DNA from: an uncultured Dehalococcoidales bacterium
Lineage (GTDB): Bacteria; Chloroflexota; Dehalococcoidia; Lucifugimonadales; Lucifugimonadaceae
Assembly: GCA_964472915.1 (NCBI GenBank)
Contig: CAYYMP010000002.1
Span: 240 to 64,239 of the forward strand
DNA length: 64,000 nucleotides
Direction of reading: 5' to 3'
The translations under genes and the position numbers were made by a program. The notes below the pieces were generated by a model. That model was not told where the DNA came from and ran no database searches. It saw nothing but the letters and a program-made list of their open reading frames with translations. Positions 19,650 through 29,169 of this stretch are shown here, one piece after another (positions within the stretch are counted from its first letter, which is position 1; every line of letters starts with the position of its first letter).

Positions 19650-21992
19650 ATGACCACAGGCGCACTACAAATAGATTTCAACCCGCAACCGAAAGGGATT
19701 GCGGTTGTTTGCTCTACGTCGATCTCCGAAATAACCGGAAACGGCAACTATTCCGCGCTCCAGGATCTTTTGGATGGGTACGCGACCGAATTCCAACAGG
19801 TTCACGTATTCGCTCCCGGCAAACCAGAATCTCTGAATTCGAGGATGGATCACAGGATCAACTGGATTCACGGCAGGAAATTCGGTTCGTCGCTAACTGC
19901 GCTTTCACTTAGCGGTGTGGCTAATCGAAAACTGCTCAAGGATGTCGAATTAATTCGAACATTCGGTCCTGCTGCGGGACTTGCAGGACGACTTTATGGA
20001 CGTATTGCCAAGGCACCGGTGGTTTCGTCACTCGATGATTTGGCGGGTAACCGTTGGCGCGAGTCGCGGAAATTACGATCAAAACTTCTGAACGGCGAAA
20101 ACAAGTTCGGACCCTTCAGTGCCGAATATATCTCTGCAAAACATTCCTGGGAGACCGAGCTGCTTTCGGAGATGTCGCCTGCAGGTCAAATTCTGATTGG
20201 ACCAGTTGGCATTCAGACAGATATTTACTCGCCGTCCAAGCTAATTGATCCTGCCAGAAACCCAATTGTCTTATGGGCGATTCCTCTAAATACCGATGAA
20301 AACCTGAATGCCTTGTTCACGACGGCTGAACGAGGATCGCAGCTGATTCCAGACATCAACTTCGTAGCAATTGGCGACGACAGCCAGGTGCAGGTGGCGC
20401 AAAACATCGCATCCGAACGAGACTTGCCTGTCACTGCACTGAAGTACGAGGAAGTCGAACCGCTCGTCGACCTGATTGAGCGCAGTTGGGCATGTGTGAC
20501 CGCAGCCGACAACGGCTTCCCCTCAGGGCTTGCAATGTTGTCGTTCTCGGCTGGAATACCCGTAATTTCAACCGATCAAATCGACGAGGCGTACGGGTTC
20601 AAAAACCATTTGAACTACGTTGAAATCACCGATGACTCTACTGATGGCGTCGCTTTCGGCTTGAACATGCTTCGCAACTGGAACTCGTTCGCACTCAGAG
20701 TAGCTCGCAGTGGTCAAAGCCTGATCGAATCTCGCTATTCAACTCTTGCAGTTGCTCGCCGCGAGGCTGAACGACTCGCAGATATTGCAAACGGGATTGA
20801 GTTTGCTGCTGCCGTCTCAACTCCGGTTGAGAGCCAGGACGATGTTTCAGCGCAGTCCGTAGCCGAGCAGCATGACACAGAGTTGACAGACGATGCAGGT
20901 GGTTCAGATGGATTTGATTTGGTCGCTGCGGCCCTGTCCGACCTGCACGGCGGCACGAGCAGTGACACATCTATTCCATCGGACTCAGTCGCTGAAGCTG
21001 GTTCTGAAGAACCAATGGCCGAACAAACTCCGATGCAGGATGCTGAACTGAGTCAGGACGCTATATCAGCGTTGTTCGCTGAGCCAGAGTCGCCTGAATC
21101 CGAACCGGCTCCCGACACATCCAGCAACGAGCAAATGAGTCAGGACGCTATTTCTGCCCTTTTCGCTGGTACTTCTGCAGATGAAGAAAATGTCGAGTCG
21201 AATGGTGAACCGCTCGTGACTGAAAGCTCGGGAGTTCAGGTTCTAAGCCAGGATCTGATCTCAGCACTCTTTGCTGCAGACGAGTCGTCTGATGAGAATT
21301 CAGAACCCGCTCCAGAAACACCGGTCGATGAAGGCACCGGAGAGATGGATCAGGACGCGATCTCGGCGCTGTTCGCCGCCAATAGCGATTCCTCTGATGG
21401 AAACGAGGACACCTCTCCCTCAACTCCGAACGATGAAGACTCAGGCGTTGTGAACCAGGACGCAATTTCTGCATTGTTCGCCGGCGACGAACTAACTGAA
21501 GAATTAACTCCTGAACCTGAGAGCACAGAGCCTGAGACGTCATCGGATATGGGTCAAGACGCCATATCCGCGCTTTTCGAGACGGAAAGTTTCACGCTTG
21601 AATCTGATGATTCAGAGCCTGCCGCATCATCAGAGATGGGTGAGGACGCGATCTCGGCACTATTCGAAGAATCGGCATCAGACGCGACAAACGAACCTGC
21701 AGATTCGGGTGAAATGGATCAAGACGCCATATCAGCGTTGTTTGGCACAGATGGAGATCTCAACGATTCCATAAGTTCAGATGTGATCGACGAACCTGTC
21801 GAAGATGCCCCTGGTGCGGACCTGGAAGACTTGGAAGAAGATGTTCAAGTTGTCCAGGTGACGATTGGTGATGAGGATGAAGAGGTTGAACCGGAGTTCA
21901 TGGTTGAGTCTTTTGATGAGATCGAAGTAGAAGATGAACTCGACGTTGATGCCCTCATCGAAGCTGCAAAGCACGACGAAGAACTCGTTTAG
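19650..21992 (+). CDS. GT-B (GT4-like) glycosyltransferase-like protein with long acidic repeat tail
   Basis: GT4-like segments (QVHVFAP, GPVGIQTDIYSP, GFPSG...AGIPVIST, GQSLIESRYS); D/E/S-rich C-terminus. ATG 19650 preferred; frame open from 19464. Confidence 0.75.
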   Translation: MTTGALQIDFNPQPKGIAVVCSTSISEITGNGNYSALQDLLDGYATEFQQVHVFAPGKPESLNSRMDHRINWIHGRKFGSSLTALSLSGVANRKLLKDVELIRTFGPAAGLAGRLYGRIAKAPVVSSLDDLAGNRWRESRKLRSKLLNGENKFGPFSAEYISAKHSWETELLSEMSPAGQILIGPVGIQTDIYSPSKLIDPARNPIVLWAIPLNTDENLNALFTTAERGSQLIPDINFVAIGDDSQVQVAQNIASERDLPVTALKYEEVEPLVDLIERSWACVTAADNGFPSGLAMLSFSAGIPVISTDQIDEAYGFKNHLNYVEITDDSTDGVAFGLNMLRNWNSFALRVARSGQSLIESRYSTLAVARREAERLADIANGIEFAAAVSTPVESQDDVSAQSVAEQHDTELTDDAGGSDGFDLVAAALSDLHGGTSSDTSIPSDSVAEAGSEEPMAEQTPMQDAELSQDAISALFAEPESPESEPAPDTSSNEQMSQDAISALFAGTSADEENVESNGEPLVTESSGVQVLSQDLISALFAADESSDENSEPAPETPVDEGTGEMDQDAISALFAANSDSSDGNEDTSPSTPNDEDSGVVNQDAISALFAGDELTEELTPEPESTEPETSSDMGQDAISALFETESFTLESDDSEPAASSEMGEDAISALFEESASDATNEPADSGEMDQDAISALFGTDGDLNDSISSDVIDEPVEDAPGADLEDLEEDVQVVQVTIGDEDEEVEPEFMVESFDEIEVEDELDVDALIEAAKHDEELV
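21048..21746 (+). repeat. Eight intragenic peptide repeats xx(Q/E)D(A/L)ISALF
   Basis: LSQDAISALF, MSQDAISALF, LSQDLISALF, MDQDAISALF, VNQDAISALF, MGQDAISALF, MGEDAISALF, MDQDAISALF, separated by acidic linkers; codons differ between copies. Confidence 0.93.
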
Positions 21993-22175
21993 ATTCCCGA
22001 GACTCGCGGCGATTGCATCTCACGTGCATCTAAATATTTGAGCGCACCAAATCACTAGCAATGCGTAGTGTTTTTAACCGAACAGTCGCCCCGTACATGT
22101 CGACACAGGTAAAACAGGGTTTTAAGCTGTGGGTGAACGTTCGAACGGTTAACACCGATTCAGAACAGAGGGAAT

Positions 22176-23168
22176 ATGACCGAAACAAAACAAGTCGATG
22201 TACTGATTGCAGGTCAGGGGGCAGCAGCGTTCGCTGCGGGTCTGTATTCGGCTCGATACCAGGTGAACACCCTTCTAGTGGGTGAACAATTCGGTGGTGA
22301 GACGGCCATCGGTGGAACCATCGAAAACTATCCAGGTCAGCCAGACATAGATGGCTTCGACCTGATGATGAAATTTAAAGAACAGGTCGACAACCTAGAT
22401 ACTCCAACTGAGTATTCGAATTTGGTTTCCGTTGAGAAAAAGGGAGATGCGTTTCACTGCGTGCTCGAAAACGGAACCGAGGTTGAAGCAATCTCCGTGA
22501 TTCTCGCCGTTGGAAGGGAACGCCGAAAACTTCACCTTCCGAAAGAGGAAGAGTGGACCGGGCGTGGAGTCTCGTACTGCTCGACCTGTGACGCACCGCT
22601 GTACCGGAACAAGGCTGCAGCTGCTGTCGTAGGTGGCGGAAACGCTGCTGTTGAAGGTGCGGTTCTTCTCGCCAAGTACGCTGAAACTGTTTACTTGATT
22701 TACCGAAGAGGCGAATTCACCCGACCGGAGCCAATTCTTCTCAAGGTCCTCGATCAAACTCCGAACGTCAAGGTGCTGTTCAACACCGAGGTTTCCGAGC
22801 TTGTCGGTAGCGATGACGCTGGACTTACCGCCATCAGGGTGAACAACCCATGGGAAGGTAAGGACGTGCTCGAAGTCGACGGTTTGTTCGTCGAAGCAGG
22901 TGCAGATCCTCGACTCGACATTCCGAACCAACTTGGACTTGAGATAAACCAGAACACCGGTGAAGTACACGTCGACAAGGGTTTGAATACCTCAGTCGAA
23001 GGCGTTTACGCTGCTGGCGACCTGACCGACGGTACGGAATTGAAGCAGACGATTACTGCGGCTGCGCAAGGTGCAATTGCTGCACTGTCTTCCTACCAGC
23101 ACATCATGGAAGTGAAGGCAGAACGAGAAGATGCGAACACCTCGCAACCTGCGGCGGTAGGCAACTAA
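22176..23168 (+). CDS. trxB: Thioredoxin reductase family protein
   Basis: ENYPG, GRGVSYCSTCD (CxxC), VGGGNAA, GVYAAGD. Confidence 0.88.
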   Translation: MTETKQVDVLIAGQGAAAFAAGLYSARYQVNTLLVGEQFGGETAIGGTIENYPGQPDIDGFDLMMKFKEQVDNLDTPTEYSNLVSVEKKGDAFHCVLENGTEVEAISVILAVGRERRKLHLPKEEEWTGRGVSYCSTCDAPLYRNKAAAAVVGGGNAAVEGAVLLAKYAETVYLIYRRGEFTRPEPILLKVLDQTPNVKVLFNTEVSELVGSDDAGLTAIRVNNPWEGKDVLEVDGLFVEAGADPRLDIPNQLGLEINQNTGEVHVDKGLNTSVEGVYAAGDLTDGTELKQTITAAAQGAIAALSSYQHIMEVKAEREDANTSQPAAVGN

Positions 23169-23183
23169 CCGAAACCTGAAACA

Positions 23184-23222
23184 AAAAAAGGGCATCCTCG
23201 ATCGACGAGGGTGCCCCTTTTT
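23184..23222. terminator. Bidirectional intrinsic terminator
   Basis: A-run, GGGCATCCTCG/CGAGGGTGCCC stem, T-run; between convergent genes. Confidence 0.82.
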
Positions 23223-23235
23223 CGTTGAGGAGGAT

Positions 23236-23865
23236 CTAGATGAGGTTGATCACCCGGTCGCCGAAAGTCGCTCCTACGTATCCGATTACGATCGACTGAG
23301 TCAGCTTCCCTAGAAACGTTCCCAGCAAGAAACGCCTTGGGTTGAAGCGACCCGCACCTGCTGCATACCCGGCGTAATCGAAGATCGGATTCGGTGTGGC
23401 GGCAAGCAAGAACGATGAAACGACAACGTTGTTTCGAGACCAGTCATATGCGGTGAGAGCTTTGTCAGGAATCACAGGTGATACGGATTCTGACCGAGAG
23501 AAGCGACTGAGCCCTTTTCGTCCAAGGTAGTAGCAAACAGCCATGCCCAATGTGATTCCGAATGCAGCTGCCAGTGCCGGAGCGAACGGATTGACCACTG
23601 CAGCAGCACTGAAAACTATCGAAAGGACCGGCACTGGAAGCAGAACCGCCACGCTGCCGAGAAATCCGAGAACGACAATCGCCGGGATCCCGATTGCAGT
23701 GATGACTCCCGGATCGATGTGCATGTAACGCTGGATAGCGAGCGGAGCGATGCAAGCGATTGCGAGCACCAGTAGCATGAATGCTCTACTGATCGCTGGT
23801 GAGAGGACCGCGGAAGGTCTGTTGGCACTGATGATCGATTGTTGCATCCTTGCACCCCTTGGCAC
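23236..23865 (-). CDS. DedA/VTT (SNARE-associated) family membrane protein
   Basis: LPVP, YYLGR, TPNPIFD...AG, RFLLGTFLGK. Confidence 0.82.
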   Translation of the reverse strand: MPRGARMQQSIISANRPSAVLSPAISRAFMLLVLAIACIAPLAIQRYMHIDPGVITAIGIPAIVVLGFLGSVAVLLPVPVLSIVFSAAAVVNPFAPALAAAFGITLGMAVCYYLGRKGLSRFSRSESVSPVIPDKALTAYDWSRNNVVVSSFLLAATPNPIFDYAGYAAGAGRFNPRRFLLGTFLGKLTQSIVIGYVGATFGDRVINLI

Positions 23866-23963
23866 TCCTGGTCATCTACGCATTCGCTTTTCCAAATACT
23901 GGACAGGGGATGCAAGATCGTGGGATTGCCTCGGGATTGCATTCCGCGAGGGATGCGATTTCT

Positions 23964-25247
23964 TTAAACGGCTCCGAGTTTTCTCAGGATGTCTCCAGCA
24001 ATCAGGAAGCATCCTGCGTGAAAGCCGATGACGCTCAGACCCGTCCCTTGTGCTGTATAGCCAGCCGGGTACAACCCTGGGACATCGACGGATTCAAACG
24101 TTGCCTGGTCGACCACGAGTTGTTTCAGCTGGAAGCGATAGTTGTCACGTTTGTCATGAAAAGTGAACGGTCCTAGCGGGTCGATGACCGAGTAATCAGG
24201 ATCGCCACCGATTTCCACAACAACGTGATCAACCTGTACCTGCACCTGTCCTTCCGGTGTGTCGATAGTCACAACACCTTCGTCACCAAAATCCCTCAGG
24301 TGAGACTCGTACAGCAAGCCCATGCGTGCCTGGTCACCTTGCAAAATCTCTGCCCAACGTTGGTAGTAAGGCAAGAACTGCGATTCACCGATGAGTCGAA
24401 GGTGAGAATCGGGTTGCTGTCGCATGACATATACAACCGTCCGACCGTCGTCGTGGAGTTCTTGCGCAGCCCAGTCGGCCGAGCGACCTCCGCCAATGAC
24501 CATTACCCGCTCACCCGGATAATCCTCGACCGACGTGTAGGCATCCGTGACATACGGTTTTTCGGTGCCGTTGGCATCCAGTGTTCTTAGTTCTGATCGA
24601 GGCCCGATCGCAAAGACAAAGTAGTTGCAGGAGTACTTGACTGGCTTTCCTGTTTCAGACGACAAAGCTGTTACAACGAACCGAGCGTCAGAGTCCGATT
24701 TCTCAACTCGTGTGACTTTCATCCCTTCCTGGATGTACGGAGACAGACCAAGTTTGTTGGCATACGCCTGGTAATAATCGACGAGATCGTCACGGTGTAC
24801 CAGGGCGTTGAGGTCGCGATCACGTCCTGCATCTTTGTAGAACTGACCTATCGGGTAGTGGGCAAGTTCCATCCAATGCGCTGGACCGAGCGTCATCTGG
24901 GTCTTAGGTACGTGATTCCACAGTCCGCCAGCGCCATCAGTCGACAGTAACTTCCAATTGATTCGGTCTTTCTTCGTGAACTCTAGAGTCCAGTCATCGA
25001 GAGGAACGGCGTCTTGCTCGGGGTGATGTCTCATCCGAAAGAACTCGATTGGTCGATTGCCTTGCTCGAGGAGTTCGTGGAGGTCTAACGCGAGAGGATT
25101 GGCACGATTTACGTCAGCGGCGACCTGGACCTCGTCAGACGGAAATTCAAACTTTCCTGTGAATCTCGGGTGCCATCCCTCGAGGGTGGCGGCTACCCCA
25201 AGTCCTCCTGGACCTGCTCCAGCAATGATTACTTCGTGGTGTTCCAA
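23964..25247 (-). CDS. FAD/NAD(P)-dependent oxidoreductase, OSGIN/FMO-like
   Basis: GAGPGG FAD motif, GGLW, second Rossmann VIGGGRSAAD, PGLYPAG. Confidence 0.8.
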   Translation of the reverse strand: MEHHEVIIAGAGPGGLGVAATLEGWHPRFTGKFEFPSDEVQVAADVNRANPLALDLHELLEQGNRPIEFFRMRHHPEQDAVPLDDWTLEFTKKDRINWKLLSTDGAGGLWNHVPKTQMTLGPAHWMELAHYPIGQFYKDAGRDRDLNALVHRDDLVDYYQAYANKLGLSPYIQEGMKVTRVEKSDSDARFVVTALSSETGKPVKYSCNYFVFAIGPRSELRTLDANGTEKPYVTDAYTSVEDYPGERVMVIGGGRSADWAAQELHDDGRTVVYVMRQQPDSHLRLIGESQFLPYYQRWAEILQGDQARMGLLYESHLRDFGDEGVVTIDTPEGQVQVQVDHVVVEIGGDPDYSVIDPLGPFTFHDKRDNYRFQLKQLVVDQATFESVDVPGLYPAGYTAQGTGLSVIGFHAGCFLIAGDILRKLGAV

Positions 25248-25300
25248 AATTTCGCGCGTTGACAGTGAATTGAATGAATAACTGAGATCCGACCGGGTAC

Positions 25301-25887
25301 CTAGCTACGAGCCATTGCCCATGTGCGGACGGTTGAGTCTACCGTGAACTCCATCAGTATGTTGAATCCGCGACGTTCATAAAATCCAACGTTTTCTTCC
25401 GTCATCGTTTCTAGGTGCAGAGGTAGAGAGGAGTCCTCAGCGATTCTTACGGTCTGACCGAGGATCGTGGAACCAAGCCCTGTTCCTTGCGCTTCAAGAG
25501 GTGTTCCGAGGGCAGCAAGTACCAGTGAGGATCCGGCATGAGTTCCTTGTGGATCTTTTCAGCCTCATCAGAAAATCTACCGAATCGAGCGAAAGCACCC
25601 ATACCGAGTACAAACGGAGCTTTCCAGAATCCGATTTTGAGAAGTCGCCAGGACGTCATTGCAGTTTCGTTTGGAGGAAGTAGGCCTGCCAAACTCTTCA
25701 ATTCTGGATCAGAGACGACTCGACCCCACCTGTGACAGTAGGAATTGGTGAGTCGGAAGAACCACTGCAGTTGTTTCAGACGCTTTGAGGCGTCCTGCAT
25801 CAAATAGGCCGCCATCGGGTCGTTGAAGAAAGCCGGAGCGACATTTTTAGCTGCGCGAACTATTTGCGGTTCGGAAAGATTCTCCAA
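25301..25887 (-). pseudogene. GNAT acetyltransferase split by a frameshift near 25514
   Basis: 5' frame ...AFFNDP...PHWYL; the shifted frame continues ALGTPLEAQGTGLGS...LHLETMTEENVGFYERRGF...WAMARS* (stop 25301-25303). Confidence 0.8.
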
Positions 25888-25951
25888 ATTTGTCCTGACC
25901 TTCTGCTTGGCTCGGTCTGGTGAACAAATCGAGTCTAGCAACGATGAGGAT

Positions 25952-26893
25952 TTACGAAGCAGCGGCCGACATTTCACACAACGCCTGTAGGGAGTCCCAC
26001 TCTTCGTCGACGCGTCGTTGAATTTCATCGACCATTGACGGGTCGTCACCGTTCAGGATGTGCGAAAAACGCTTTTGCATCTTGAGTGCATCGACGACGG
26101 GCCGTCGCTTCCTAGATCCGGACGACATTTTCCACACACCATCGATGACTTCGTAGAGTGGCCACATTCCCGCCTCGACCATGACCTTTGAGACTTCCAT
26201 GGTCTTGTCGGTGTCGAAACGCCAACCACGATCACAAGGAGTTAGAACATTGATGAATGCCGGTCCGTCAGCCTGCTCAGCCTTGCGAACCTTTGTCATC
26301 AGGTCTTTCCAGTTGTGAGTTGCCGCCTGGGCCACATACGGAATGTTGTGAGCAGCAACAATACGGGTCATGTCCTTGTGCCACTCGGTCTTTCCTGTGA
26401 CCTCGTCACCTGATGGCGTAGTCGTAGTCCATGCTCCAAGAAGTGTTGCACTACTTCGTTGAATTCCGGTGTTCATGTAGCCCTCGTTGTTGAGGCACAC
26501 GTACACGAACTTGTGACCACGTTCGAGGGCACCACTTAGCCACTGGAAACCAATGTCGTACGTCGCTCCGTCTCCTGCGAAGACAACAAACGTCATTGGT
26601 CGATCTTCGAGCTTTCCTTTTCGGACCAAAGCTTTGTAAGCCGCCTCAACACCAGAAATGGTGGTCGCTGAGTTTTCGAACGCGCTATGTATGACCGGAA
26701 CTTTCCACGCAGTATTTGGGAACCTGGTTGTTGCTACTTCAAGACAACCCGTTGCGAGCGCTACGACCGGTGGGTTTTCGAGTGCGGCAAGTATTTGCCG
26801 TACCGAAATCGGTTCAGCACAACCGGCGCACAACGCGTGCCCGTTTCCGAATCGATCAGGCTGGAGACTTAGTTCTCTGAGTTTCAGTGTCAT
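25952..26893 (-). CDS. porB: 2-oxoacid (pyruvate):ferredoxin oxidoreductase beta subunit
   Basis: CAGC, GCLEV, GDGATYDIG...NNEGYMNTG TPP motif. Confidence 0.92.
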   Translation of the reverse strand: MTLKLRELSLQPDRFGNGHALCAGCAEPISVRQILAALENPPVVALATGCLEVATTRFPNTAWKVPVIHSAFENSATTISGVEAAYKALVRKGKLEDRPMTFVVFAGDGATYDIGFQWLSGALERGHKFVYVCLNNEGYMNTGIQRSSATLLGAWTTTTPSGDEVTGKTEWHKDMTRIVAAHNIPYVAQAATHNWKDLMTKVRKAEQADGPAFINVLTPCDRGWRFDTDKTMEVSKVMVEAGMWPLYEVIDGVWKMSSGSRKRRPVVDALKMQKRFSHILNGDDPSMVDEIQRRVDEEWDSLQALCEMSAAAS

Positions 26894-26903
26894 TTCCAGC
26901 CTC

Positions 26904-28115
26904 CTACTTCAAGCCCAGATATTCGGGTTTCATTGGTTCTTGTCCCGTTTCAGCGACCTTCACGACGTCAGAAATTGCTTCTCGGAATTGCTGTTTAGGT
27001 GTTGCACGTCCACCAAGCCCATACACGTAGTTGGCGAGTAACGGTCGGGGATTCATAGTCCTGGTTGCTGTGCTTACATCGAGCACCAATCCGTTGCCGG
27101 GTGCTCCAAAAGCGATTGCTCGATCGAGGACACCAACAGCACTTATTCCAGCGAGAATTGCGCGCAGGTCGTGAACAGGGAATGGGCGCAGTAAGCGGAT
27201 TCGAACCATCCCGACCTTGATCCCGTCTTTACGTGCCAGGTCGATAGCCGCTCGCACCATTCCTTCGGAGGAACCAAGTACAAGCATTGCTATTTCAGCA
27301 TCGTCCATCTGGTAAGTCTCGATGACCGACATTTTTCTGCCGGAAATTTCACTGAACTTCGACAGCTGAGCTTTTACGACCAGTTCAGCCTGATCAAGTG
27401 CTTCTACCTGTTGGCGTTTGTGTTCGAAGTAATAGTCGTTTGCGTCCAGTGCCCCGAACGTAGCCTGGCTGCCCGGCTCAAGTGCCCATTGATCGGGTTC
27501 CCATTCTCCGATGAATTCTTTCGCCACTTCATCGGGAAGTGAGTCGACCCGCTCAACGGAGTGCGTAACGGTAAAACCATCAAGAACATTCGTCGTTGGC
27601 AGCTTTACCCTCGGGTTCTCAGCGATCGTGGGAGCAATTAATGCCTGATCATAAGCCTCTTGAGGATTTGAGCCGGCGAGCATCACCCAAGATGCTTCTC
27701 TCATCGCCATCACATCTGAATGGTCACAGAGAATGTTGATTGGAGCCGAGAACGACCGTGAACACAGGTGCAAGACAATTGGAAGCCTCATTCCCGAGGC
27801 GATCCATAGCGTCTCGTACATTAGTGCTAGACCCGGTCCTGAGGTTGCCGTTTGTGCGCGACCGCCAGCTGCGCATGCGCCAATACATGCACTCATAGCC
27901 GCGTGTTCACTCTCGACGTTGATGTATTCGGTGTTTACCTCACCGTCGGACACATACTCCGAGAATTTTTCGATGATGAATGTCTGCGGAGTAATCGGGT
28001 ATGCCGCTACTACTTCGGGGTCTGTTTGCCGCATCGCTAGGGCAACTGCTTCACCGCCGTTAATAGCCGAGGCAGTCGATTTAGCAACAATGTTCTTCTT
28101 CTCGACAGTTGTCAC
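26904..28115 (-). CDS. porA: 2-oxoacid:ferredoxin oxidoreductase alpha subunit
   Basis: AYPITPQT, VESEHAA, ATSGPG, GLGGR; GTG 28115 overlaps the delta-subunit stop. Confidence 0.92.
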   Translation of the reverse strand: MTTVEKKNIVAKSTASAINGGEAVALAMRQTDPEVVAAYPITPQTFIIEKFSEYVSDGEVNTEYINVESEHAAMSACIGACAAGGRAQTATSGPGLALMYETLWIASGMRLPIVLHLCSRSFSAPINILCDHSDVMAMREASWVMLAGSNPQEAYDQALIAPTIAENPRVKLPTTNVLDGFTVTHSVERVDSLPDEVAKEFIGEWEPDQWALEPGSQATFGALDANDYYFEHKRQQVEALDQAELVVKAQLSKFSEISGRKMSVIETYQMDDAEIAMLVLGSSEGMVRAAIDLARKDGIKVGMVRIRLLRPFPVHDLRAILAGISAVGVLDRAIAFGAPGNGLVLDVSTATRTMNPRPLLANYVYGLGGRATPKQQFREAISDVVKVAETGQEPMKPEYLGLK

Positions 28116-28414
28116 TTCACACCTCCGGCACCTGGTGTGTCGGGAACCATTTCGATGCACTTGGTCGGGCAAACTTCCACACAGATCCCACAGCCCTTGC
28201 AGTGATCCAGGTCAATTCCCACGAGCTTCGACTCTGCGACCTGGAAACTGGCGTCCGGGCAGTCGATCCAACAGATCATGCAGTGGGTACAGCGCTCTAT
28301 TTCCAATACCGGAACTTCCGATCGCCAGTCACCGGTTCGAACCGAACTAGTGCTCCCTGGTTGCTCGGAGTATCCGCCTGTAGGAATTTGTTTCCAGAGT
28401 TCCCGTTTACCCAT
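28112..28414 (-). CDS. porD: 2-oxoacid:ferredoxin oxidoreductase delta subunit (2x[4Fe-4S])
   Basis: TGDWR, CTHCMICWIDCP, CKGCGICVEVCP. Confidence 0.93.
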   Translation of the reverse strand: MGKRELWKQIPTGGYSEQPGSTSSVRTGDWRSEVPVLEIERCTHCMICWIDCPDASFQVAESKLVGIDLDHCKGCGICVEVCPTKCIEMVPDTPGAGGVK

Positions 28415-29009
28415 TTGCTATCACCTCAAGAACTTTTAACTGGTTGAATCCTGCTTTTAAGGCCTTCAGGTTCGCTTCGATAATCGGTGGAGGGAAGGTC
28501 TCGGACATTAGCTCTATAAGAGCCTTGTCTATTGATTCCAGTTCCATGACCGGAACTACCTGAGCGAACGCACCGAGTATTGGTGTGTTCGGGAGATTTC
28601 GATTGAGCAACTCCATACCGATGCCGCTCGCATCGAGGGTTGCCAGCCGTTGATCACCGAGCAACTCGATGCCCAACCCATCTGGATCAGGATCGAGCGG
28701 AGAATTCAGAATGAGAGTGCCCGACTGAGAAAGCCCGGAGCTGAAATCAACCTGGCCGATGAGTGAAGAATCTAGGACGATCACCACGTCGGGTTCGTAA
28801 ACCGGTCCCCTATCTATGGGCGGTTCGTTGTCGATTCGTGTGTATGCAGATATTGGCGCGCCAGAACGTTCGGCTCCAAAGTCTGGAAGCGACTGCATAT
28901 AAAAGCCGGAATTGAGGGCTGCCGATGCCAGAATTCGGCTCGCAGTGACTACACCCTGACCACCGCGTCCATGCCACCTCACTTCGATGGGTGCTTGAGG
29001 ATTCACCAA
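28407..29009 (-). CDS. porC: 2-oxoacid:ferredoxin oxidoreductase gamma subunit
   Basis: HGRGGQGVVT, FGAERSGAP, PNTPILGA. Confidence 0.92.
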   Translation of the reverse strand: MVNPQAPIEVRWHGRGGQGVVTASRILASAALNSGFYMQSLPDFGAERSGAPISAYTRIDNEPPIDRGPVYEPDVVIVLDSSLIGQVDFSSGLSQSGTLILNSPLDPDPDGLGIELLGDQRLATLDASGIGMELLNRNLPNTPILGAFAQVVPVMELESIDKALIELMSETFPPPIIEANLKALKAGFNQLKVLEVIANG

Positions 29010-29129
29010 TCAGCCCTCCCTCAAAATCGATCAGTTCACATGGGGAACTTCGAAGCAGACGGAGTTCCCTGCTAATTACGTGTTGGATCGATTCTGCGCG
29101 GGGGCGCGGGAAGAACTTGTGAGGCGACG

Positions 29130-29156
29130 AGAATACGCGTGTTAAACGCGTGTCAA
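29130..29156 (-). promoter_or_regulatory. Candidate sigma70 promoter with palindromic spacer, upstream of por operon
   Basis: - strand TTGACA-15 nt-TATTCT; contains ACGCGT-N5-ACGCGT. Confidence 0.35.
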
Positions 29157-29169
29157 TTTGCGGTTATGA

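Noticed and set aside
21048-21746. CRISPR array or DNA tandem repeat
   Set aside because: Units are in-frame, vary at synonymous positions and have unequal coding linkers; no cas genes nearby.
25888-26049. N-terminal part of the 200-aa ORF 25447-26049
   Set aside because: Overlaps porB in another frame; the GNAT-like sequence begins near TTG 25887.
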